This document shows, piece by piece, positions 1 through 10,595 of a stretch of DNA of 64,000 nucleotides (positions are counted from its first letter, which is position 1; every line of letters starts with the position of its first letter). The notes under the pieces are model-generated. The model did not search any database and was not told the DNA's origin. It saw only the letters and a program-made list of their open reading frames with translations. The DNA is taken from the NCBI GenBank assembly GCA_047602705.1, contig JASGGR010000002.1, positions 1,908 to 65,907 of the forward strand, read 5' to 3'. Origin of the DNA: Sphingomonas bacterium (lineage in GTDB: Bacteria > Pseudomonadota > Alphaproteobacteria > Sphingomonadales > Sphingomonadaceae). The position numbers were made by a program, and so were the translations under genes.

Positions 1-51
1 ATGGAGCGGCCCGACCTGGTGCGCGAGGTTCTGGCCGGGTTCCTGGCCTAG
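1..51 (+). CDS. 3' end of a gene entering the window, possibly an alpha/beta hydrolase
   Basis: Frame reads MERPDLVREVLAGFLA-TAG; resembles a hydrolase C-terminal helix, but only 16 codons are visible. Confidence 0.4.
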   Translation: MERPDLVREVLAGFLA

Positions 52-272
52 AGCCCGAGACCCGGAACGGTGTCGACCTCCATTCGCGTCAGCTAGACGC
101 CGGACAGGATGTATCAAATGCCGGGCGTGGGAAGTCGCGATTTGGCGGATCATCTCGCGAAAATACGTCTCGCACTCATTTACCGCCAGCGGGCCGTTCA
201 GCTTCAAACCCCGAACGCTGCGCGAAGACGAGTATCGTTACCAGCGCATCATTCGTCTTCAAAAGATCGTCG

Positions 273-1520
273 TTATATGAAATCAATCGCCCCATCGATC
301 GCTGCATGGATCGCGGCCAGGTCCGGCGCGTCGATGCAATAGGGCGGCATGACATAGAGCGTATTGCCGAGCGGCCGCAGCAGGATACCGCGCTCGCGGA
401 AAAAGGCGGAGAGCCGCGGCGCGGATTTCGAGAGGTAATTGCTCTGCCCGTCCAGCTCGAAGGCGGCGATCGTGCCGCAGGTGCGCGCGTTCAGGACGCG
501 CGGATGGGTCGCCAGACGCTTGACCGCCGCGCGCTGCGCCGCCGCCAGCGCCGCGATCCGATCGGCCACCGGCTCCTCGCGCCAGATCGCCAGATTGGCG
601 TTGGCGGCGGCGCAAGCGATCGGGTTGGCGGTGTAGCTTGAGGAATGGAAGAACATATCCGCGCGATCGCCGCTCAGGTGCGCGGCATAGACGTCCTCGA
701 TCGCCATCGTCACGGCGAGCGGCACCGCGCCGCCGGTCAGCCCCTTCGACAGGCACAATATGTCCGGCACGATCCCGGCCTGCTCGCACGCCAGCAGGGT
801 GCCGGTGCGGCCCCAGCCGGTCATGATCTCGTCTGCGATGAACAGCACGCCGTGATGCGCGCAGACCTCGCGCATCGCGCGCAACGTGTCCGCGCCGTAG
901 AAGCGCATCCCGCCCGCGCCCAGCGCCAGCGGCTCGACGATAAAGGCCGCCGCGCCGTTCCGGCACGACGCTTCCAGCGCGTCGATCGTGCGCTGCGCCG
1001 CGCCGGGCTCGGGAAACGGCACGGTATCCACGTCGAACAGCAAAGGTTCGTAGGCACGGTTATAGACGCCGCGCTCGCCGACCGACATCGCCCCGATCGT
1101 ATCACCGTGATAGCTGTGCTCGAGCACGACGATCCGCTCGCGCCGCTCCCCGCGCCGCTTCCAATAGCCGAGCGCCATCTTCAGCGCGACCTCCACCGCC
1201 GTGGAGCCGGAATCGGAGAAGAACACCCGCGTCAGCGCGTCCGGCATCATCGCCCGCAGGCCGCGCGCCAGCGTTTCCGCGGGTTCGTGCGTCCAGCCAG
1301 CGAAGATGATCTGGTCGAGCTTCGTCGCCTGCTCCGCGATCGCGGCCATGATGCGGGGATGGCAATGGCCGTGAGTGGTGACCCACCAGGACGAGATCGC
1401 GTCGATCATCCGCCGCCCGTCCGCGAGATGCAGGATCGCGCCCTCCGCCCGCGCGACCAGCGGGATCGGCTCGTTCAGGCCATGCTGCGTGAAGGGGTGC
1501 CAGATCGGCGATGTGGTCAT
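273..1520 (-). CDS. bioA: adenosylmethionine-8-amino-7-oxononanoate aminotransferase
   Basis: [53 protein letters not shown] (PLP lysine). Confidence 0.96.
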   Translation of the reverse strand: MTTSPIWHPFTQHGLNEPIPLVARAEGAILHLADGRRMIDAISSWWVTTHGHCHPRIMAAIAEQATKLDQIIFAGWTHEPAETLARGLRAMMPDALTRVFFSDSGSTAVEVALKMALGYWKRRGERRERIVVLEHSYHGDTIGAMSVGERGVYNRAYEPLLFDVDTVPFPEPGAAQRTIDALEASCRNGAAAFIVEPLALGAGGMRFYGADTLRAMREVCAHHGVLFIADEIMTGWGRTGTLLACEQAGIVPDILCLSKGLTGGAVPLAVTMAIEDVYAAHLSGDRADMFFHSSSYTANPIACAAANANLAIWREEPVADRIAALAAAQRAAVKRLATHPRVLNARTCGTIAAFELDGQSNYLSKSAPRLSAFFRERGILLRPLGNTLYVMPPYCIDAPDLAAIHAAIDGAIDFI

Positions 1521-2134
1521 CGGAAATCCCCAAGGTCGAACCCGGCGCGCATCGCGGCGGCGAGGCTCGCGGCATCGAGCGGATCGAGCATGCCGAGCCG
1601 CCCGAGCCGGCGCACCCCGCCCATCTCCGCGATCGTGCGCTCGCTATCCTCCACCGCGACGCCGACGAAGGCGATGCCGAGGATGTCCGCGCCACGCGCG
1701 CGCAACGCCTCGATCGTCAGCAGGCTGTGGTTGATCGTGCCGAGCGTGGTGCGCGCGACGATCACCACGGGCAGCCGCCAGCGCGCGATCACATCGGCGA
1801 AGGTGGTATCGCGGGTAAGGGGCACGAGCGCGCCGCCGGCGCCCTCGATCACTAGCGGATCGATATCGGGTGGCGGCTGGAGCGCGGCCTCGTCGATCGT
1901 CACCCCGTCCAGTTCCGCCGCGCGATGCGGGGAGCAAGGCGTGCGCAGGCGATAGGCGCAGGGCAGGATATGTCCGGCGGGCACGCCGAGCCGCTGGGCG
2001 GTGGCGCTGTCCTCCCCGTCCTCCAGCCCGGCCTGCACCGGCTTCCAGTAATGCGCGCCGAGCGCGGCGGCGAGGCCGGCGGCGAAGACGGTCTTGCCGA
2101 TATCGGTATCGGTGCCGGTGACGACGATCCTCAC
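1517..2134 (-). CDS. bioD: dethiobiotin synthetase
   Basis: [12 protein letters not shown]-loop, WKPVQAG, IEGAGG, LGTINH; GTG at 2134 overlaps the bioF stop (GTGA). Confidence 0.95.
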   Translation of the reverse strand: MRIVVTGTDTDIGKTVFAAGLAAALGAHYWKPVQAGLEDGEDSATAQRLGVPAGHILPCAYRLRTPCSPHRAAELDGVTIDEAALQPPPDIDPLVIEGAGGALVPLTRDTTFADVIARWRLPVVIVARTTLGTINHSLLTIEALRARGADILGIAFVGVAVEDSERTIAEMGGVRRLGRLGMLDPLDAASLAAAMRAGFDLGDFR

Positions 2135-3258
2135 CGCAGCTCCCCGATCGCGGCGACCAAGGCGGCGACATCCGCTTCGGTCACGTTCAGCGTCAAAGAC
2201 ACGCGCAGCCGCGCGGTGCCGGGCGGGACGGTCGGCGGGCGGATTCCCCGGATGTCGAAGCCGCGTCGCTGCAAGGCGGCGGCGAGGCGCACCGCTTCCG
2301 CATCGTCGCCGATGACGACAGGGATGATCTGCGATCCCGTCGCCGCGACCCCGATCGCCTCGAACGCGCGGCCCGTCCGATCGACCAGCGCGCCGAGCCG
2401 CGCCTGCCGCGCGGGATCGCCCGCCACCAGCGCGATCGCGGCGGATACGGCGCTCGCCATCAAGGGCGAAGGCGCGGTCGAGAAGATGAACCCCCGCCCG
2501 CGATTGACGATGAAGTCGCGCATGATCCGCGGCCCGCACAGCAGCGCACCCTCGCAACCAAGCGCCTTGCCGCAGGTGCGCAAGACGATGACATTCTCGC
2601 GCCCCGCCAGCGCGCCGGAAAGCCCGACGCCGCGCTCCCCGAACACGCCGACGGCATGGGCCTCGTCGACCACGAGGATCGCATCATGCCGGTCGGCGAT
2701 CCCGGCCAGCGCGTCGAGCGGGGCGCGATCACCGTCCATGCTGTAGAGGCTCTCGACCGCGATCCACGGCCTCCCCGTGTTGCCGGCGCCACGCCAGTGG
2801 CGGATCGCCAGATCGACCGCATCCGCGTCATTGTGACGCGCTGCGGCCCGCTCGGCGCGACTCAACCGCATCCCCTCGTGTACGCTGGCGTGGATCAGCT
2901 CGTCATGCACGATCAGGTCACCACGCTGCGGCAGGGTGGAGAAAAGGATGCTGTTCGCCGCGAAGCCGCTGGATAGGTAGATCGCCGCTTCCGACCCACA
3001 CCAGCGCGCGGCCTGCGTCTCCAGCGCCTCATGCTCCGGGCTGTTGCCGCGCAGCAGGCGCGAGCCGCCCGATCCGACCGCGACGCCGCGCCCCAGCGCC
3101 TCGCGGATCGCGTCCGCCAGCCGGGGATCGCGCGCGATCGCGAGATAGTCGTTCGACGCGAAGTCGATCCCGATCCGCGGCGCGAGCGCGCGATGCTGCC
3201 CCTGATCGACGATCCGCGCGAGGTCCGCGCGCTGCGCGCCGTAGCGATCTACAGGAAT
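2131..3258 (-). CDS. bioF: 8-amino-7-oxononanoate synthase (start codon uncertain)
   Basis: [48 protein letters not shown]; start is either ATT at 3258 (7 nt after GAGGA) or TTG at 3315. Confidence 0.9.
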   Translation of the reverse strand: MPVDRYGAQRADLARIVDQGQHRALAPRIGIDFASNDYLAIARDPRLADAIREALGRGVAVGSGGSRLLRGNSPEHEALETQAARWCGSEAAIYLSSGFAANSILFSTLPQRGDLIVHDELIHASVHEGMRLSRAERAAARHNDADAVDLAIRHWRGAGNTGRPWIAVESLYSMDGDRAPLDALAGIADRHDAILVVDEAHAVGVFGERGVGLSGALAGRENVIVLRTCGKALGCEGALLCGPRIMRDFIVNRGRGFIFSTAPSPLMASAVSAAIALVAGDPARQARLGALVDRTGRAFEAIGVAATGSQIIPVVIGDDAEAVRLAAALQRRGFDIRGIRPPTVPPGTARLRVSLTLNVTEADVAALVAAIGELR

Positions 3259-3704
3259 GATGAATTCCTCTGCATGTTTCCCTCGTGATGCGCCGATTGG
3301 GCTGCGCTTATTCAACCGTGACAGGATCGATGAAGATATCTGGATGGAGCGGGATGCCACGATCGTACGCGTAACTACCAAAGCAGGCGGACTCCTCCTC
3401 GCGAAGGATCGGAGTCGTCCATAGGGAAATGCCCGTATGACGCCCCAGGTCGCGATGGAAGACCACACAGGCGGTATTCGCTACGATCTCCGATTTGCAC
3501 GACTGGATACTCCATGTCCTTGCTCCTCGCCTGCTCTCAGGGAAGGCGTTCGATATGGGTGGCCTCGCCATCGACCTTCGCCAGCGCCGTAGTGCTACCT
3601 CCGAGGCGGCCGAGACGGCGAGTAGCGGAAGCCCCGATAGAAGATCGCGAGATTCCCCAAGGGGCGTAATAAGCGATGTCTCCCGCCTTCTCGCCGCCGG
3701 CCGA

Positions 3705-5276
3705 TCACCTGGGGCTGTCGCCACCCAGGTGCGTCTTGCCCCAGAAGCCGTCCGGCAGCGCGGTGAGGCCCTGCAATCCCGTCCGGCGGACGGCCAGATC
3801 GGATTCGCGCTGCGCCGCGGTGAGCACCTGCTCCTCGTTCGCCGTCAGCACCTTGCGGTCCCGCATCAGCACCCGCCCGTCGACGAGGACGGTCGAGACA
3901 TCCTCGCCGTTGGCGTAATAGACGATGCGATAGACCGGCATGTTCATCGGCATCATATGCGGCTTGAACCAGTCGATAAGGATGATGTCCGCCTTCTTCC
4001 CCGCCTCGATCGAGCCGATCTCCTTCTCCATCCCCAGCGCTTTCGCAGCGTCGATCGTCGCCATCTCCAGCACCTTGCCGGCGGGCAGCACCTTCGGATC
4101 GTGGAAATAGAAGCGATGGTAGCGCGTCGCCTGGAACATGTGGCGGAACATGTCGAAGCTGCGGTCAGGCGCGACGCCGTCTGAGCCGAGCATCACGATC
4201 GCGCCCGCGTCGATCAGTTCGGTGGCCGGGTTGCGGCCCATCATCGAGAAGACCGCGCTGGGATTGTGCGAGATGCGCGTCCCGGTGGAGGCGATCAGCT
4301 TGATCTCCTCGTCCGTCAGGTTGGTGGCATGGGAGAGGATCACGTCCGGCCCGAGCAGGCCGAGCACGTCATTGGCGTATTTCACCGTGCCGCGCGTGTG
4401 CCCGTCCTGAAGGAACGGCACATGGTAGCGTTTCGACAGGTCGCGCGCGGCGCGGGCCTCGCGCTTCACCTCGTCCAGCGCCGCGCCTTCCAGCTTCTGG
4501 TCCGGGCTGATGGTCGGGAAGACCACCGCCATCTTCACGCGGCCATCCGCCGCGCCGTTCCATTTGCGGATCAAGCCTTCCGAAACGTCGAGCTGCTGCT
4601 GGAAGGAGATTTTCACGTCCTTGCGCGCATCGCTGTTCCATTCCGTGAACGCGCTGGGATAGGGGCCGCGACGGGGGCCGACGCCGAGGAACCAGCGCAC
4701 GCCGATATCCTTGACCGCATCGAGATAGGCGTCGCCATATTTCGGATCGTCGACGCGATACACGTCCGCGCCGCCGCCGAAGAAGTTCACCGAGGTGGTG
4801 ACGCCCGCCTTCAGCCGCTCCAGCCCCGCCAGCATGGCGTCCGCACGCCAGAAATCGGCGGTCGAGCCGTGCGCGTACATGCGCTCGGCGATATCGTTCC
4901 AGTCGTCCCTGTCTGCGCCGAGCGTCTTGAGCAGCTCATGGCCGGCATGGCCGTGGCCGTCGATCAGCCCCGGCATCACGATCTTCCGGCGCGCGTCGAT
5001 CACCTCGCGCGGATTGAAGCGCGCGCGCAGTTCGGCGGTGGTGCCGACGGCGGCGATGCGGTTGCCGACGATCGCCACCGCTCCGTCGTCTATCACCCGC
5101 CGCGCCGGGTCCATCGTGACGATCGTGCCGTCGGTGATAAGGATATCAGCCGGCTCCGGCGCGGCGGCGGCATCGGATCGCGAACCCGGCGCGAGCGCCC
5201 CCGCGAACACGGAGAAAGCGGCCAATGCTCCGATCGACCGGACAAGGCTTGCGGCAAACATCGACCTATTCGTCAT
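3705..5276 (-). CDS. metal-dependent amidohydrolase (AtzA/TrzN/MTA-SAH deaminase-like) with predicted signal peptide
   Basis: MPGLIDGHGH, SHNPSA, LGSDG, GSIEAGKKADII; hydrophobic Ala-rich N-terminus; AGAGGA upstream of ATG 5276. Confidence 0.85.
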   Translation of the reverse strand: MTNRSMFAASLVRSIGALAAFSVFAGALAPGSRSDAAAAPEPADILITDGTIVTMDPARRVIDDGAVAIVGNRIAAVGTTAELRARFNPREVIDARRKIVMPGLIDGHGHAGHELLKTLGADRDDWNDIAERMYAHGSTADFWRADAMLAGLERLKAGVTTSVNFFGGGADVYRVDDPKYGDAYLDAVKDIGVRWFLGVGPRRGPYPSAFTEWNSDARKDVKISFQQQLDVSEGLIRKWNGAADGRVKMAVVFPTISPDQKLEGAALDEVKREARAARDLSKRYHVPFLQDGHTRGTVKYANDVLGLLGPDVILSHATNLTDEEIKLIASTGTRISHNPSAVFSMMGRNPATELIDAGAIVMLGSDGVAPDRSFDMFRHMFQATRYHRFYFHDPKVLPAGKVLEMATIDAAKALGMEKEIGSIEAGKKADIILIDWFKPHMMPMNMPVYRIVYYANGEDVSTVLVDGRVLMRDRKVLTANEEQVLTAAQRESDLAVRRTGLQGLTALPDGFWGKTHLGGDSPR

Positions 5277-5332
5277 GCGTTCGAATCCTCTCTGTGCTTG
5301 AAGCCTAGACCGGCCCACCGCCGGGTCTGAAA

Positions 5333-6523
5333 TCAAATCGGTATTGCCCGTTCGTAGCCGGCGGGAGCGAGCCGGACGGTCAGCACCGAGACGATCGCGA
5401 TGCAGGCGAGATGCATCATCCAGCCGGCGGCGAACCCGCCCGTCCTGTCATGCAGCAGCGCCGCGATCCATGGCGCGGAGGCGGCGACCAGGAAGCCGCC
5501 GCCCTGCATCAGCGCGGCCAGTGCGCCGGCGGCAGCCGGATCGTCGAGATGATCGAGCGCCGTCACCATCGTGAGCGCGAAGCTCGCGCCCAATCCCGCG
5601 CCGACGCTGACCGCCCATAAGGAAGGCGCGAGATCCGGCGCGGCGGCCAGCCCGAGGAAGCCGGCCGCCTGAAGGGCGAGCGTCGTCCACAGCCACCCGC
5701 GCCGATCCCGCCCGTGCCGCGCAAGCACGGGGAAGAGCAGGGCCGCGATCCCCTGGCTCAGCGCCATGAGGGCGAGCAGCCCGCCGCTCGCGGGCGCGTT
5801 CCAGCCGCGCTCCTGATAGAAAGGCGCGAGCCACGCGATGATCGACGAATATCCCCCGTTGACCAGTCCGAAGCAGCCCATCAGCAGCCACGCGCGCGGC
5901 CGGCGGAGCAACGCGCCGACGCGCATCGCGGCGACAGGCGCCTGCGTCGGCCCGCGCGGCAGGACCAGCGCGACGGCAAGGGCGGCGGCTAGCGCCGGCG
6001 CGACCAGCCAGCCCAGCCCCGCTCGCCACCCGCCCGCCGCCGCGGCGATCAGGGGCGAAACCTGCGCGCCCACGGCTCCTCCGCCCATCAGCGTCGCGGA
6101 ATAGAGGCCCATGACGACGGTCAACTGCCCCGGGAAGCTGCGCTTGAGGATGGCCGGGAACACCGCCTGCACGATGGCGACGCCGATCCCCAGCACTGCC
6201 GCCGTCGCGATCAGTTCCGCGCCGCTCGCCACGAACAGCCGCGCGAACGAGCCGGCCGCCATCACGAGGAGCGCCCCGATCACCGCGCGCCGGTCGCCCA
6301 CCGCGCCTTGCACCCATGGGCCGGCGAAGGCGAGCACGCCCATCAGCCCCATCGGCACGAGCGTCAGCAACGCCGCGACCTGCAACGTCATGCCGGTGTC
6401 GGCGCGGATGCCCGCGGCAAGCGGGCCGGTCGCGGTCAGGAACGGCCGGAGGTTGAGGCCGACCAGCACGACCATGGACAGCATAGGCAGTCGCCTCGCC
6501 GCCGCGCCGTCCGTTCCCGTCAT
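5333..6523 (-). CDS. CynX/NimT-like MFS transporter
   Basis: GLNLRPFLTA N-terminal motif, about 12 hydrophobic segments, MQGGGFLVAA. Confidence 0.85.
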   Translation of the reverse strand: MTGTDGAAARRLPMLSMVVLVGLNLRPFLTATGPLAAGIRADTGMTLQVAALLTLVPMGLMGVLAFAGPWVQGAVGDRRAVIGALLVMAAGSFARLFVASGAELIATAAVLGIGVAIVQAVFPAILKRSFPGQLTVVMGLYSATLMGGGAVGAQVSPLIAAAAGGWRAGLGWLVAPALAAALAVALVLPRGPTQAPVAAMRVGALLRRPRAWLLMGCFGLVNGGYSSIIAWLAPFYQERGWNAPASGGLLALMALSQGIAALLFPVLARHGRDRRGWLWTTLALQAAGFLGLAAAPDLAPSLWAVSVGAGLGASFALTMVTALDHLDDPAAAGALAALMQGGGFLVAASAPWIAALLHDRTGGFAAGWMMHLACIAIVSVLTVRLAPAGYERAIPI

Positions 6524-6527
6524 CGGG

Positions 6528-7004
6528 TCAGGCCGCGCCCTGCCCGCGCCGCCATTCGACGTAGAGCGCGGGCATGTCCGCATCCTCGGCCGCGAGATGG
6601 CGGATGCGCATCGACTGCTCCGCGAACGGCCGCGCGAGATCGGCATAGATCGCGGCGGTCGAGAGACCGAACGGCTCAGCCTCTTCATTGCCATAGGCGA
6701 AGGTCACCGCGCCGACACCCGCCATCCGCATCGCCGCCATGCACATCGGGCACGGGTGGCCGCTGGCATAGACGGCGCAGCCCGAAAGGTCGGGCGAGCC
6801 GAGCGTGCGGCTCGCGGCGCGGATCGCCTCCATCTCGGCATGGGCGGTCGGGTCGTTGGTGTCGAGGATCGCGTTGACGCCGGTGGCGATGATCGCGCCG
6901 CGCCTCACCACCACCGCTCCGAACGGCCGCCCGCCGCGCAAGACATTCTCAAGCGCCAGATCGATCGCGGCGCGCAGGAAGCTCCGGTCGTCGTCCGCGC
7001 TCAT
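6528..7004 (-). CDS. zinc-dependent nucleoside/nucleobase deaminase (GuaD-type guanine deaminase-like)
   Basis: PFGAVVV, DPTAHAEMEA and PCPMC motifs; ATG 7004 overlaps the upstream stop. Confidence 0.88.
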   Translation of the reverse strand: MSADDDRSFLRAAIDLALENVLRGGRPFGAVVVRRGAIIATGVNAILDTNDPTAHAEMEAIRAASRTLGSPDLSGCAVYASGHPCPMCMAAMRMAGVGAVTFAYGNEEAEPFGLSTAAIYADLARPFAEQSMRIRHLAAEDADMPALYVEWRRGQGAA

Positions 7005-8458
7005 TTCGCGGCTTCGGCGTCCCATTTCGCCACCTTGGCCTTTGCTTCGGCGAGCATCCGGTCGAGCGCGGCGCGATCCTCCACCGTGCCGCGCAGGACG
7101 ACGGTGTCGATGCTCTGCGTGGCGACGATATCCTCCAGCGGGTTGTGGTCCAGCAGCACCAGATCGGCCTGCTTGCCCGTCTCCACCGAACCGTAGCGGT
7201 CGAGCACGCCGAACCATTTCGGCCCGGCGCGCGTCGCCGCCGACAGCGCCTCCGCCGGGGTCAGCCCGTTCTTCACATAGAGCGCCAGCTCCTGATGCAG
7301 CGCCAGCGCGGGATAATCGAACGAATTGAGGAAGCCGGCGTCGGTGCCGGCCATGATCGTCACCCCCGCCTTCTCCAGCATCGGCATCACCGCCGCCGTC
7401 TTGCGATATTGCTCGTGCCGCGCCGCGATCTCAGCCGGCGTCGCCTTGGCGGCGCGGTCGATGCGCCATTGATAGGTCTTGCGGATGCCCGGCCCGATAT
7501 AGGCGAGGAAAGCGTCCTTCGAATGATCGTCGCTGTCGAGATAGGCAAGCGTCCGCTCGATATTGAGCGTCGGCGTCACGAACACGTTGCGATCGCGCAG
7601 CTTCGCATAGGAGGCCATCGCGGTCGCCGGATCGAAGCCCGCGGCAAGCTCGGCCTGCGCCTGCGCGCGATCGATACGGCCGGCGCCGAAATCGGCCGCG
7701 ATCCGCGCTTCGTCCTTCACGCCGGCCTTATAGGCGTAGCTGAGATGCTCGATCGAGCTGAGCCCGGCGTCCACCGCCTGCCCCACCGTCAGCGCCATCG
7801 GGATATGCCCCGAGGCGCGCAACCCGGCCGCGCGCACCTTGCGCACGGCATAGAGGAACAGTTCCGGCTTCAGCGTGCTATCGGTGATCTTGACGAAATC
7901 GACCTTCAGCGCGACCAGCTTCGCCACCGCCGCGTCCACATCGGCCTCCGAGCCGGTTTCCAGCGTGCCCTTCCACACCGGATGAATCCCCTCGATCTTG
8001 GGGCCGGAAGTGAGCAGGCGCGGGCCGAACAGCTTGCCGTCCGCGATCTGCTGCCGCCAGTCGAGCACGTCATAGGCCATGTCGCCCGCGCAATCGCGGA
8101 GCGTGGTGATGCCGTAGGCGACGTAGAGCGGCAGCAGCGCCTTGTTCTCCTCCGCCAGCGCCGGCCCGCCGCCAAAGTGCATGTGCATGTCCCACAGGCC
8201 GGGGATCAGGAAGCGGCCCTTGCCCTCCACCTGCCGGCGCGCGTCCCACGCCTTCGCGACCTCCGCGTCATTACCGACCGCCACGATCTTCTCGCCCAGC
8301 GTCGCCACCGCCTGATCGGGGATGGCGCGCGCATGCTCCACGTCGATCACCGTCGCATGGCGGATCAGCACGTCCGCCCGCTCTTTCGCCATCGCCGACA
8401 GGGGGAGCAGCGACACGGCGGCGGAAAGCGCGATAAGAGCCAGCTTCACGGGCATCAT
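7001..8458 (-). CDS. amidohydrolase family protein with signal peptide
   Basis: LIPGLWDMHMH, SGHIP, SIEH, AGTDAG, GKQADLVLLDHNPL; N-terminus MMPVKLALIALSAAVSLLPLSAMA. Confidence 0.85.
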   Translation of the reverse strand: MMPVKLALIALSAAVSLLPLSAMAKERADVLIRHATVIDVEHARAIPDQAVATLGEKIVAVGNDAEVAKAWDARRQVEGKGRFLIPGLWDMHMHFGGGPALAEENKALLPLYVAYGITTLRDCAGDMAYDVLDWRQQIADGKLFGPRLLTSGPKIEGIHPVWKGTLETGSEADVDAAVAKLVALKVDFVKITDSTLKPELFLYAVRKVRAAGLRASGHIPMALTVGQAVDAGLSSIEHLSYAYKAGVKDEARIAADFGAGRIDRAQAQAELAAGFDPATAMASYAKLRDRNVFVTPTLNIERTLAYLDSDDHSKDAFLAYIGPGIRKTYQWRIDRAAKATPAEIAARHEQYRKTAAVMPMLEKAGVTIMAGTDAGFLNSFDYPALALHQELALYVKNGLTPAEALSAATRAGPKWFGVLDRYGSVETGKQADLVLLDHNPLEDIVATQSIDTVVLRGTVEDRAALDRMLAEAKAKVAKWDAEAAK

Positions 8459-8526
8459 CCTTCTCGAATGCGGAGAGTCTATTCCGCGCCGCTTGTAGGG
8501 CCGGTTCCATTTCATGCGCAAACAAG

Positions 8527-8552
8527 ATATTATGATGAACTTCATCCAATAT
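8527..8552. promoter_or_regulatory. dyad in the divergent promoter, candidate LysR operator
   Basis: GATGAA-C-TTCATC (8534-8546) flanked by ATATT/AATAT in an AT-rich gap. Confidence 0.4.
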
Positions 8553-8565
8553 GCGAATGATCCCG

Positions 8566-9420
8566 ATGCTCGATCCCCGCCTGCTCCGTGCCTTCGTCGC
8601 AATCGTCGACCAGCAGAGCTTCACCGGCGCGGCCATGCGGCTCAACATGACGCAATCGACGATCAGCCAGCAGCTCGCGCGGCTGGAGCAGGCCGTGGGA
8701 CACGCGCTGATCGACCGCGCGGCGCGCCCTGTCCTCCCCACCCCCGCCGGCGAGCGCCTGCTCGGCTATGCCCGGCGCATCCTTGCGCTGCAGGACGAGG
8801 CGACGGGGCTGCTCGCGGACCAGGCCGGCACCACGGCGGTGCGCATCGGCGTGCCGGACGATATCGTCACGCCGGACATGGCGCGGGTCTTCGCCGCTTT
8901 CTCGGAAGCCCATCGCGAGACGCGGCTGGACGTGACGACCGGGCTGAGCCGCGAACTGACGCGCCGCTATCGCAACGGCGAATTCGATATCGTCGTCGTC
9001 AAGGAACATGAGGCCGCCGCCGATTGCCGCGCTTCCTTCCCGGAGCCGATGGCATGGTTCGAGAGCGCCGTCGTCGAGCGGCAATGGCCCGATCCGGTCC
9101 CGCTCGTCTCCTTCCCGCCGGGCGGCCTTTATCGCGACGAGATGTTCGTGCGGATCGAGCAGGAACAGCGCCGCTGGTATATCGCCTTCACCGGCAGCAG
9201 CCTGTCCGGCGTGCTCGTCGCGATCGAGGCGGGGATGGGCATCTCGCTCCTGCCGCGCCGGTCGACGCTGGGACGGCGGGTCCGCATACACCGCGCGCTG
9301 GGCGACGAGCAGCCGATGGCCGCCTCGCTCTACGCCTGGGAAGCGGCCGGGCCGATCAGCCGGCTCGTCGCGGATATGGCGGAGGTGCTGTCGCGCCGGA
9401 GCAAGGCGCCACCCGCCTGA
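8566..9420 (+). CDS. LysR family transcriptional regulator
   Basis: LLRAFVAIVDQQSFTGAAMRLNMTQSTISQQLARLE HTH; alternative ATGs at 8551 and 8557. Confidence 0.93.
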   Translation: MLDPRLLRAFVAIVDQQSFTGAAMRLNMTQSTISQQLARLEQAVGHALIDRAARPVLPTPAGERLLGYARRILALQDEATGLLADQAGTTAVRIGVPDDIVTPDMARVFAAFSEAHRETRLDVTTGLSRELTRRYRNGEFDIVVVKEHEAAADCRASFPEPMAWFESAVVERQWPDPVPLVSFPPGGLYRDEMFVRIEQEQRRWYIAFTGSSLSGVLVAIEAGMGISLLPRRSTLGRRVRIHRALGDEQPMAASLYAWEAAGPISRLVADMAEVLSRRSKAPPA

Positions 9421-9446
9421 CCACGCGCCCTGACCGCCAGCCGGTG

Positions 9447-9689
9447 CTAGTCGCGACCGATCTCACGCCAGCTTTTCTCCTTGATGTCGACATCGTGCTT
9501 TTTGGCGGCGGCCTTGATCCGCTTCCAGGCGGCGTCACGCTCGTCGTCGCTCACATCCTTCACCTGATTGAAGCGAGCGACGGCATTGCGGACGTGGCTC
9601 GCATTCTCGAGAGGTTCCTTACGCTGCTTGGGAAACGCGAACGAACCCTTGTCGAGTTCGTTCCGGTCCTCGGCGCTGAGCTTGGCCAT
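9447..9689 (-). CDS. small conserved protein (DUF6582-like)
   Basis: FAFPKQRKEPLENASHVRNAVARFNQV motif; AGGAG upstream. Confidence 0.75.
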   Translation of the reverse strand: MAKLSAEDRNELDKGSFAFPKQRKEPLENASHVRNAVARFNQVKDVSDDERDAAWKRIKAAAKKHDVDIKEKSWREIGRD

Positions 9690-9834
9690 GGTCATCTCCT
9701 CTGGGGTCGAGTCAACGATCGGCTGAGCTATCGGTTCTAAGATCGCACATCGCGACGACGCGCGGCATATCGGCGTCCTCCCGCCGGCGCGGATGTGGCT
9801 ACCCGCGCCGAACCGTTGACACGCTTCGCCGCTG

Positions 9835-10584
9835 TCAGCGCGCGATATAGCCGCCGTCCACCGCGAGCGGGTGGCCTGTGATGAAGCTCGCCTTGTCGGA
9901 GCAGAGGAAGACCACCGCGTCGGCGATCTCGCGCGCCACGCCCATGCGGCCCATCGGTGTCATCTGGTCGAGCACGGCGCGGCCCTGTGGGGTGGCGGCG
10001 ACCGCCGCGGTCATCGCCGTCTCGATCACGCCGGGGCAGACGGCGTTGACGCGAATTCCCTGTCCCGCGAAGCGCAGCGCCGCCGATCGGGTGAGGCCGA
10101 TCACCGCATGCTTGCTGCCGCAATAGCCCGCTCCACCCGAACCGGACAGGCCGGCGATCGAGGAGGTGTTGACGATCGCCCCGCTCTTTTGCACGGCCAT
10201 GTGGCGCAGCTCCGCCGCCATGCACAGCAGCACGCCGCGCTGGTTGATCGCGATCGTCGTGTCATAGGCGGCGAGGTCGCCCCATTGGGTGTCCATCATC
10301 TCCAGCGTCACGCCGGCATTGTTGAAGGCGCAATCGAGACGCCCCCAGCGCGCGGCGACCGCATCGACCGCCGCATCAACCGCCGCCACGTCGGTCACGT
10401 CGAGCGCGATTCCGAACGCCTCGCCGCCCGCCGCGACGATCTCGTCCGCAACCGCATCCGCGCCCTTCAAGTCCGCGACGGCGACCTTCGCGCCTTCCGC
10501 CGCGAACGCCAGCGCGGTGGCGCGGCCGATGCCGCTGCCCCCGCCGGTGACGAATGCGGTCTTCCCCTCGAACAATCCTGCCAT
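9835..10584 (-). CDS. SDR oxidoreductase
   Basis: TGGGSGIG, NNAG, YCGSK; GAAGGA upstream of ATG 10584. Confidence 0.92.
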   Translation of the reverse strand: MAGLFEGKTAFVTGGGSGIGRATALAFAAEGAKVAVADLKGADAVADEIVAAGGEAFGIALDVTDVAAVDAAVDAVAARWGRLDCAFNNAGVTLEMMDTQWGDLAAYDTTIAINQRGVLLCMAAELRHMAVQKSGAIVNTSSIAGLSGSGGAGYCGSKHAVIGLTRSAALRFAGQGIRVNAVCPGVIETAMTAAVAATPQGRAVLDQMTPMGRMGVAREIADAVVFLCSDKASFITGHPLAVDGGYIAR

Positions 10585-10595
10585 CGCGCTTTCCT

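Noticed and set aside
109-342. 77-aa plus-strand ORF
   Set aside because: Overlaps the bioA 3' end on the opposite strand, with atypical composition and no RBS or motif.
3308-3724. Short ORFs and a possible biotin regulator box upstream of bioF
   Set aside because: The ORFs have no motifs, and I saw no TTATMKATAA BioR-type box or convincing dyad.
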